Shown: positions 47,129-54,084 of the stretch, one piece after another | Layout of the letters: every line of letters starts with the position of its first letter | How positions within the stretch are numbered: the stretch's first letter is position 1 | Assembly (NCBI GenBank): GCA_045631485.1 | Contig: JAZQUU010000039.1 | Span: 41,194 to 105,193, forward strand | Direction: 5' to 3' | DNA from: Clostridia bacterium | GTDB lineage: Bacteria > Bacillota > Clostridia > UMGS1840 | DNA: 64,000 nt | Made by a program: the position numbers and the translations under genes | The notes under the pieces: generated by a model | What the model saw: only the letters and a program-made list of their open reading frames with translations | Database searches by the model: none | Told to the model about the DNA's origin: nothing

Positions 47129-48965
47129 CGGTCCCCTCCTTTGGTATTTGTATCGTTGCCTTTGTGCCTTTTCCGATTTCACTTTCTATGGTAAGTGTTC
47201 CGTCGCACATTGCTTCAATTCGACCTCGGATATTTTTGATCCCCACATGCTTTAATTCATCATAGCCTGCATTCATATCAAAACCAACGCCATCATCGGT
47301 CACTTCAACAACATACGAGCTATCTGTCTCAAAAGCGGAGATTGTAACAATTCCGCCCTCTTCCAATCCCATAAGACCGTGCTTGATTGCATTTTCCACA
47401 AGAGGCTGAACCGAAAGTGCGGGCAAGAGAAATTCCACCGAACGAAGGTCATATTGTATGGTCATATCAGGGAAACGCACCTGCTCTATGTCGGTATAAT
47501 GCTTTACGTGATTCATTTCCTGCGAGAATCTGATAGGTTTCGCATTATCGAGTTCGCTGAAGTTCCCTCTTAAATACAAACTGAAATTACGAACAAGTTT
47601 GGAAGCTTCTTTTGGCTCCGTGATACAAAGTTGCTCAATGGTTCCCAATGTGTTATAAATAAAATGAGGCTGAATCTGACTTATCATAGTGGCGATACGG
47701 CTTTCAGTAAGTTCTGCTTTTAAAATCAGTTTTTCCGCTTCCAGTTCTCTTGCTCTGATTGCCGCGTTTAAGTTTTGCGGAACAACCTTTAAAAGCACAA
47801 TTACCGATGCCACAAAAACAAGGATAAATACAATTTCTGAAACAATTCCGCCCTGCCATAAGCCAAAACCGATTCCTGCTACATCAATGAGAAAGGAAAC
47901 CACTGGCATCGCGGCAAAAACGGAAAGTATTTTTTCATTCTTCTCCCCTTTTGCAAAACGAATTGCAAAAAGAATTATCATCACAATGCAAATCAAGCTC
48001 TGCATCGTTGCCCATATCGGTAATGCATCATAAAACTTAACATCGCAAGCTATTGGAGCAACCATACACCCAAGGGTTAAAAGCAATGAAAAAGAAGTCA
48101 AAATATTTCCGATGGTTTTAGATTTTCCCTCAAACCATCCGCCAACAACAGCCGTGATTGCAAGCATATAAAGCATAACAGAGCCCGTTACCATACGAGT
48201 GTTGAATTTAATAATTTCACTAAAGAACATCACTCCGTGGCCCTTAAATATGAAGTAGATCCCTGCCGAGAAAATACCAAAGCCCACAAGCCACAGATTT
48301 TTGCTGCCTTCAATATGAATCAGTATCGAGAATATCGCAGTCCCCAAAAGCATAAAGGCAAACAAAATCAGAGCAATGCCGAAGATTCTGTGAAAACTTC
48401 CTCGGTTTAATGTATCTCTCTCAAAAACAGTTCCGCCATAGGTGCTTAAATTATTTAAAAAATCATCAACAGCTCCGGAGTTTCCGAATTTATGAGGATT
48501 TTTCAATCTGATTGTGATTTCATCCGACCCCTGACATTCATAGCCGATATACATTTTACCGCAAAGATCCTCACCAATCAGATCGCTCTCGGCATCAAAA
48601 GGACGAAAGATTTCTCCGTCTTCTGAAATTTCGCCGCCAATGTGGTTAAAATAAAATGCCAAAATGGTACCTTGAGATGCATTGCCCACAACCTCTCCCG
48701 AAGCAGGAACAAAAAGCTTAAAATTTCCTTTCAGCGTCACATCTCCCTTGTCGGCAGGAATATGCTCTCCTTTGACATAAGGCTTAAAATCTCCGTCAGC
48801 AACTTGATACTCACCCTGAAATTGGGCAGAAAGATATATGGCATTCATCGCCTGATTCCCAAAATTTCTTCCGGTACATACAAATGTACAAAGAACAACG
48901 GCAAACAGAGCGATACAAACACCAATCACGATTTTATTTTTCAAGTTGTTTTTATTAGATTTCAT
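47103..48965 (-). CDS. Sensor histidine kinase, LytS/YesM-type (His_kinase PF06580-like + HATPase) with an ectodomain and a 7-TM module
   Basis: The H-box region is QIQPHFIYNTL, the N-box ENAIKHG and the G-box DDGVGF...GIKNIRGR. The N-terminus has a signal-anchor plus a ~180-aa ectodomain and 7 TM helices. The gene overlaps the regulator gene. Confidence 0.85.
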   Translation of the reverse strand: MKSNKNNLKNKIVIGVCIALFAVVLCTFVCTGRNFGNQAMNAIYLSAQFQGEYQVADGDFKPYVKGEHIPADKGDVTLKGNFKLFVPASGEVVGNASQGTILAFYFNHIGGEISEDGEIFRPFDAESDLIGEDLCGKMYIGYECQGSDEITIRLKNPHKFGNSGAVDDFLNNLSTYGGTVFERDTLNRGSFHRIFGIALILFAFMLLGTAIFSILIHIEGSKNLWLVGFGIFSAGIYFIFKGHGVMFFSEIIKFNTRMVTGSVMLYMLAITAVVGGWFEGKSKTIGNILTSFSLLLTLGCMVAPIACDVKFYDALPIWATMQSLICIVMIILFAIRFAKGEKNEKILSVFAAMPVVSFLIDVAGIGFGLWQGGIVSEIVFILVFVASVIVLLKVVPQNLNAAIRARELEAEKLILKAELTESRIATMISQIQPHFIYNTLGTIEQLCITEPKEASKLVRNFSLYLRGNFSELDNAKPIRFSQEMNHVKHYTDIEQVRFPDMTIQYDLRSVEFLLPALSVQPLVENAIKHGLMGLEEGGIVTISAFETDSSYVVEVTDDGVGFDMNAGYDELKHVGIKNIRGRIEAMCDGTLTIESEIGKGTKATIQIPKEGTDDDSNHSR

Positions 48966-49002
48966 AGCAATCATTCTCCGAACCGGTATTTCTATTCGTG
49001 GA

Positions 49003-49266
49003 TTACAAACTCAACAATATGATAAGCGCTGCCAAAAAAACCGCTCCTGCAATCGCAACATAAGACAATGCGCGTTTTACTTTCCAGTAGGAAAACGCCT
49101 CGCATACACACACAACGATTATGGCAATACAGGTAATCAAATCTGCTGAACCTACTTTTCCTGCTCTTTCCAACGCTTGAAAAATCAGATACACCAATAA
49201 TGCAATTCCCGCAATAATGTCCATAACTTTTTGAAATGCAGTTTTTTCACTCCATTTTTGATTCAT
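49003..49266 (-). CDS. Small membrane protein (3 TM)
   Basis: The sequence is hydrophobic and lies upstream of the kinase gene on the same strand. I place the start at the ATG (MNQKW). Confidence 0.5.
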   Translation of the reverse strand: MNQKWSEKTAFQKVMDIIAGIALLVYLIFQALERAGKVGSADLITCIAIIVVCVCEAFSYWKVKRALSYVAIAGAVFLAALIILLSL

Positions 49267-49298
49267 GGTGAACACCTCTTTCGTATATTTTATCAGAT

Positions 49299-51209
49299 TT
49301 ATTTCGTTTTTTCAATAAATCTGTGAAGAATTACCGCAAATTCTGCTCTTGTGGCGTAATCCTTGGGATTTACCGTGCTGATTGTTTTCCCGTTTATCAA
49401 TCCTTCGCCGATCACATACTGCATGGCAGGAATTGCATATTCTGTGATATCAAAAGCATCATCGTAGGAAAGTATATTGGTTTCCTCACCCACACTGATA
49501 TCATATTCCTTAAACTGTGCATACAGATATAAAACGGATGAAAGTTGTTCACGGGTAATCGTTGATTGGGGATGAAAATCCTTATCATTTTCATAAATCA
49601 AACCGTTATCTTTCGCCCAACAAACTGCCTCGGCATACCAAGGGGCATCCTCCGTGGATTCATATTCCGACTTTATTTCTTCCAGATTGTATAAAATTTG
49701 AAAAAGCTCTGCCCAAGTGATATCTTTTTGAGGATGAAAGAATTTGTTTTCATCACCCTGCATCAGTTTATTTTTCAAACAATATGCCACGCCATCGTGA
49801 TACCAATCGTATTCGGGCAAATCATTTCCGTCAATGCTAAAGTAAGGAACAATTGCTGTGGTAAGTTCCTCAAACCAGGTTTTCCCGTTGGTTCTTTGGG
49901 TATCAAGCGTATTGATAATATAGGAACGGATACGTTGACGAACCGCCGGATTTTCGGGTTGTGCTATACTTCCCACTGCACTGATCACGTAATAATTCCC
50001 GTCTCTTTCACCAAGGTACATCATTTCGTGACCACTAAAATAGAGAATGGTTCCAAACGGAAGAGCGTCAAAAAATTTGATTTTTTCTTCCTTTGCCATA
50101 TACTGCATATCCACCTTTACCATAGGCATAGCGGTCTGCCAGGTGGTATTTCGTGCAAGCTCCAATCCAAAACACTTATACACATTTCTCATATAACCCG
50201 AACAATCATCGGAATTAAGGCTTCCGCCCCAACCATAGGTATTGCCGAGTGCCGAAAATGCTACTTTTGAAATATTCTCTTTTGTAAGAGGCATATATCC
50301 CGCCGATACATTTTCGTGCTCTGAAATAAGCGTTAATTTTTCGGAATATGTGCCATTTTCCTTTCTTGCAGGCACCCGCACAACATAATTATTGTACGCT
50401 GCGCGGTTATCGATAAGCTCGTTAGGGTCAACATCTTTCGCAAGTTTCAAAACCGTTCCCATCGTGAGCATAAGGTCTGATCGGTCTGCACCTACTATTG
50501 AAGTTTCGGTAAACACCTTATCGCCCCATACAACAAGAACATCTTCGCTTTTAATATCCCAGGCAGAAAGCCACTCATCCTTATCTTTGCAAATGGCAAC
50601 TGAGTCAGCAGGAATCCATCCTGAACAACAAATGCTTTTCGCAAGATAGAATTTGCCATCTTTTGACTTTGATGTGATAACAACCGGTTCATTCACTCGG
50701 ACGGCAACCAGATACTGATAGTCAAAATCGGAGTCTGACGGGTCGTCCCAAATAGCAATCGGAGACGGAAATGTACGAAGCTCGGTTCTTTTGGTTGCGA
50801 TACCATAAAGCACCTTTTGCTCTTTTTTAGCATCGGAATTTTGAGTGTTTGCAATGATTTTATCATAATCCTTTTGTGTGGCTTTCTCAGTACTTTCCAA
50901 ATATGTCCAACCAAAATAATAATTGGCATCCGCCTGAGAAGATTGTAAAATTGCTCTATTTAATGCAATTCCGTCGACCACTTCAGGTTGATTTTTCAGG
51001 TCGTACATATTCGTACCCTTTGCCGCAATTGTTTCCCGATTCAGTTTCTCTATTTCGGCATAAGTCATTAACACATCCGATTCATCTGTCCAATAGGACG
51101 GAGCGGTCATTTCACTCGTTACATCAGGAAGATAATAGCCCCCTGCCGCCAAACAGTTTACCGTCGTGCATAAAATCAACGGAATTAAAAATAACAATTT
51201 CTTTTTCAT
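49299..51209 (-). CDS. Secreted NlpC/P60 cell-wall hydrolase with an SH3-like domain and three C-terminal SLH repeats
   Basis: There is a signal peptide. The NlpC/P60 catalytic region is DCSGYMRNVY...GHEMMYLG. The three SLH-like repeats are WYHDGVAYCLKN.., PWYAEAVCWAKDNGL.. and AIPAMQYVIGEGLING... Confidence 0.8.
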   Translation of the reverse strand: MKKKLLFLIPLILCTTVNCLAAGGYYLPDVTSEMTAPSYWTDESDVLMTYAEIEKLNRETIAAKGTNMYDLKNQPEVVDGIALNRAILQSSQADANYYFGWTYLESTEKATQKDYDKIIANTQNSDAKKEQKVLYGIATKRTELRTFPSPIAIWDDPSDSDFDYQYLVAVRVNEPVVITSKSKDGKFYLAKSICCSGWIPADSVAICKDKDEWLSAWDIKSEDVLVVWGDKVFTETSIVGADRSDLMLTMGTVLKLAKDVDPNELIDNRAAYNNYVVRVPARKENGTYSEKLTLISEHENVSAGYMPLTKENISKVAFSALGNTYGWGGSLNSDDCSGYMRNVYKCFGLELARNTTWQTAMPMVKVDMQYMAKEEKIKFFDALPFGTILYFSGHEMMYLGERDGNYYVISAVGSIAQPENPAVRQRIRSYIINTLDTQRTNGKTWFEELTTAIVPYFSIDGNDLPEYDWYHDGVAYCLKNKLMQGDENKFFHPQKDITWAELFQILYNLEEIKSEYESTEDAPWYAEAVCWAKDNGLIYENDKDFHPQSTITREQLSSVLYLYAQFKEYDISVGEETNILSYDDAFDITEYAIPAMQYVIGEGLINGKTISTVNPKDYATRAEFAVILHRFIEKTK

Positions 51210-51261
51210 AACTGCTTGCCCCTTTTTTATTGTTCAATTAAATACATTGCATCTTAATTTT

Positions 51262-52272
51262 TTAGTTTTCAGCTCTGTTATGGATTCCTCCAAGAGCATC
51301 CATTTCAGCATCAATTTGAGCACCGTGATTTACTATTGCTCCGCTACAGAAAATATCAGCATCTTTTTTCTCGGAAACAGCATAAACATTAGCGCCGTTA
51401 TTTGCCTCTAAAGAACCGAAGCACTCAATAGCATAAGTGTTCTTTGATGCTGCTTTCACAGTTGAACCGTTACCAATCTCCATAAGACCGGATACCCGTA
51501 CACATTCGCCCAAATCTGTAGCATCATCATCAACAAAAACTTCAAGAGAGGTGTCTTTGCCAAGGAACAAATCTCCGCTGACACCAAGTCCTTTGCAACT
51601 TTCACTAGCACCTTGTTTTACTGAAACATTGAGCGAAGTGCCTTCCTCAAAAAGAGCGTTGCCACGAACGCGAACACCTACACAGTTCTTTGCAGCACCA
51701 TTGTTCACAGTAACTGCCGCTTTTTCTGCAACCAACAAAGAGGAATCACAGACGATTCCGTTCAACTTGTTTTCACAATCCGAGGTTTTAAGCGTAACGT
51801 CACTCATAACTTTAAGATCGGATGCATAAATTCCGACTGCTTCCGCACTTTTACTTGGGAATTCGATTGTTAAAGAACCATCTCCCAAAAATGTAAGATC
51901 CTTACTGAGATAGTAGTCACTTACGTAAATGCCGGCGCTGTATTCTTCGTTAGTGCAGACAAGTTTATTTTCGCCGATAAGTTCAATATTCAAATCTATT
52001 TTTGAATAAACACCCCAATCATTTGATTCAATTGTGGCATTATCAAATGTCAGGATATTATTCCGGGCATTATAGTACACCGTACCGTCACCTAAAATAT
52101 CGCTTGCATTCGTTTTTTTCACGGATACACCTGCAACCTGAATTTTCCCCGATGTGAGGTCCATAGATCTGTTACCAAACATCAGAGCAACACCCCAAAA
52201 TGTACTCCAGATTAAAGCAAGCACAAGGAGTACACCAATGACGATTTTAAAACCTTTTTTGACCTTTGCCAT
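51262..52272 (-). CDS. Membrane-anchored protein with repetitive beta-solenoid-like ectodomain
   Basis: An N-terminal TM anchor is followed by repeated G/N/V-rich ~25-aa segments. I do not name a family with confidence. Confidence 0.55.
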   Translation of the reverse strand: MAKVKKGFKIVIGVLLVLALIWSTFWGVALMFGNRSMDLTSGKIQVAGVSVKKTNASDILGDGTVYYNARNNILTFDNATIESNDWGVYSKIDLNIELIGENKLVCTNEEYSAGIYVSDYYLSKDLTFLGDGSLTIEFPSKSAEAVGIYASDLKVMSDVTLKTSDCENKLNGIVCDSSLLVAEKAAVTVNNGAAKNCVGVRVRGNALFEEGTSLNVSVKQGASESCKGLGVSGDLFLGKDTSLEVFVDDDATDLGECVRVSGLMEIGNGSTVKAASKNTYAIECFGSLEANNGANVYAVSEKKDADIFCSGAIVNHGAQIDAEMDALGGIHNRAEN

Positions 52273-52347
52273 AGTAATTCTCCTTAGTTCATTTATTTCT
52301 TCTTACCAAATTAAATACCAATTATTTTTTATATTATCAAACCCGTT

Positions 52348-52367
52348 ATGACAAACCTATGACAAAT
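52348..52367 (-). promoter_or_regulatory. Direct-repeat motif copy 3, upstream of gene 51262..52272
   Basis: The plus strand reads ATGACAAACCTATGACAAAT. On the minus strand this is TTTGTCATAGG-TTTGTCATAAC, then 15-17 nt to TATAAA/TAAAAA. Confidence 0.55.
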
Positions 52368-52375
52368 TATTTTAT

Positions 52376-52428
52376 AAAAAAACAAAATGCAATACTCGTA
52401 TGTATCTGACAAACAAGTATTGCATTTT
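52376..52428 (-). terminator. Rho-independent terminator ending the cargo-B plus element-B transcript
   Basis: A 13-bp stem, AAAATGCAATACT/AGTATTGCATTTT, is followed on the minus strand by T7. Confidence 0.8.
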
Positions 52429-52461
52429 AGTTTAACATTGAGATTTATTATAAAATCATTT

Positions 52462-52738
52462 GACACAACGCTTACTCGTGTCAAGTCAGGAGAACAGTGA
52501 ATAATAAGAACCATCACCCAACACGAAATCACAGATTTCTGTTGGGTACCCGAGAGCCTTGATACTCGCAAGCTCGTATTAGGACCTACTAACTTTTCCC
52601 TATTTTTTCACTATAGTTTTTCCGAACAAAATTCTTTAGAACCCGCGAGAATACTGAATTTTCTCGCTCCTGCTTTTTATGTAAATATCATAAATCGGCA
52701 AACTAATATTTTAAATTTTATAGACTTGACACGAGTAA
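52462..52738 (-). repeat. Copy B of the ~260-nt conserved structured non-coding element, immediately 3' of ORF 52747..53484
   Basis: It is homologous to 30329-30591. A perfect 16-bp terminal helix pairs 52472-52487 with 52723-52738. It has a covarying hairpin at 52517-52546, the hairpin GCGAGAA-N9-TTCTCGC at 52645-52667, and a distal hairpin GACACGA-N7-TTGTGTC (minus sense). Confidence 0.8.
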
Positions 52739-52746
52739 AACAAAAA

Positions 52747-53484
52747 TCATCTTATATCAAATGCACACTCGTCGGTTGTGTTAGTTAATTCAGCCCACCT
52801 AGCTGAAAGCAATTTGGCATAGTCCAAATAAAACAAACCATAGCACCCTAACGCATATCCGTCATTTACTTCAATCATCAATGTCCTACCATCATCAGTT
52901 ACACCAAAGTCTATTGCATATCCTTTGGGTGCAGTAGAGAAAGCTTTCACAGCATCCTCAATGACCGATGGGTTATAGTGAATTTTCCAATCACCTTTGT
53001 ATGGTCTTACATCCAGTATTTTGTCATATCTAACAAAACATCTCCACTCTGCTGTAAAATTTACAATTTCAGAGCACATCGCGTCGGGATCTTCCCCACA
53101 TGTTCCACACCCTATTAAATCTTTAGGAGACCGAACAACAACACCAGTAAATTTTTTATCTTCAACTGGCTTCACAAAAACTGGCCACATGTCTGGATTA
53201 TTGGTTACTTGACTCATTTTTACCGGCCAGATTTTTCTTCCTAAAAATCTTGACAACTCATTAGGGTAATCCATTTCAGGTGTTATAATATTAAAATCAA
53301 ACAATCTTTCTCTTACTGTACCAACATATCCAACAACCACATCTTCAATGTTACTTTTTCTTAATTCTTCGGGAGTTTGGAACATAATCGTTTCAAATCC
53401 CATTTCCTTAAATCCCTGATAAGCATTAAAAAAATTATAATTGTGTGGCATATAATCATTTTTAGATTGTATATACACTTTCAT
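52747..53484 (-). CDS. ATP-grasp-like protein (DUF4343-type), cargo gene of repeat unit B
   Basis: FVKPVEDKKFTGVVV, EWRCFVRYDKILDVRPY and YAIDFGVTDDGRTLMIEVNDGYALG resemble the ATP-grasp DUF4343 family. Confidence 0.65.
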   Translation of the reverse strand: MKVYIQSKNDYMPHNYNFFNAYQGFKEMGFETIMFQTPEELRKSNIEDVVVGYVGTVRERLFDFNIITPEMDYPNELSRFLGRKIWPVKMSQVTNNPDMWPVFVKPVEDKKFTGVVVRSPKDLIGCGTCGEDPDAMCSEIVNFTAEWRCFVRYDKILDVRPYKGDWKIHYNPSVIEDAVKAFSTAPKGYAIDFGVTDDGRTLMIEVNDGYALGCYGLFYLDYAKLLSARWAELTNTTDECAFDIR

Positions 53485-53526
53485 TAAGTATTCACCACCA
53501 TATTTCCTTGTTTTTCAATCTTATTC

Positions 53527-53561
53527 GACACAATTCGAGTTCGTGTCAAGACAGGATAAAA
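53527..53561 (-). repeat. 5' hairpin site of unit B (LE-B)
   Basis: The minus strand reads TTTTATCCTGTCTTGACACGA-actcgaa-TTGTGTC, which has the same architecture as LE-A. Confidence 0.7.
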
Positions 53562-53700
53562 CAATTGTTTTAATATCGATTAACCAAGCTTAAAATTTGA
53601 AAATTTAAATATTTCTTTTATTAGTCACAGTATAGCACTATCCCCGGTTTGTGTCAAGGAATCTTCCCGGAAAAAAATATTGATTTTTTTATAAAAATGC

Positions 53701-53729
53701 TTGACAATTATTGGAAGTTATGGTAGACT
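53701..53729 (+). promoter_or_regulatory. Sigma-A type promoter for feoAB
   Basis: TTGACA, a 17-nt spacer, then TAGACT. Confidence 0.55.
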
Positions 53730-53753
53730 AACTAACGGTTAGTTATGACTAAC
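53728..53753 (+). promoter_or_regulatory. Palindromic operator (three half-sites) overlapping the feoA -10 and start site
   Basis: CTAACTAAC-GGTTAGTTA-TGACTAAC. The core TAACTAAC-g-GTTAGTTA is a perfect 8-1-8 palindrome. Confidence 0.5.
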
Positions 53754-53786
53754 TCGAAAAAATCCACACAATGATCAGGTGAAGAT

Positions 53787-54002
53787 ATGAATTTAAAAGA
53801 TGCTTTAGAAGGAAAAGAATATACCGTTTCGGAAATTTGCACGGATGATGAAGAATTGGAAGCTTTTTTATTCTCTCTCGGTTGCTATGCAGGTGAAAAA
53901 ATCACTGTAATTTCTCAGAAGAAAAAAGGCTGCACCGTTGCAATTAAGGACAGTCGTTATCATCTTGACCAATTATTGGCACAAGCAATTCTGATAGTTT
54001 GA
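53787..54002 (+). CDS. feoA: FeoA-family iron transport protein
   Basis: It is a 71-aa SH3-like FeoA protein directly upstream of feoB. Confidence 0.85.
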   Translation: MNLKDALEGKEYTVSEICTDDEELEAFLFSLGCYAGEKITVISQKKKGCTVAIKDSRYHLDQLLAQAILIV

Positions 54003-54018
54003 TATTTTTTTGAATATT

Positions 54019-54036
54019 GGTTAGTTATAACTAACC
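54019..54036 (+). promoter_or_regulatory. Second copy of the operator, between feoA and feoB
   Basis: GGTTAGTTATAACTAACC is a perfect 18-bp palindrome. It matches GGTTAGTTATGACTAAC in the upstream site except at one base. Confidence 0.5.
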
Positions 54037-54084
54037 GTTCAACGACTTTTGTTTTAAAACATTACATATATAAGGAGTTTCATT

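Noticed and set aside
52329-52571. An 80-aa minus-strand ORF overlapping element copy B.
   Set aside because: There is no RBS, and the composition is odd. The homologous copy A has no equivalent ORF because indels break the frame. Conservation follows RNA or DNA structure rather than codons.
52462-53561. A classical integron cassette / attC interpretation.
   Set aside because: There is no intI, attI or Pc in the window. The terminal repeats lack the RYYYAAC/GTTRRRY core. The element is much longer and more conserved internally than a typical attC. I keep only a generic cassette-like recombination site as one hypothesis.
53651-53658. A fifth occurrence of GTGTCAAG between unit B and the feoA promoter.
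   Set aside because: Only 8-10 nt match and no hairpin partner or conserved flank is present. This is too short to separate from chance.
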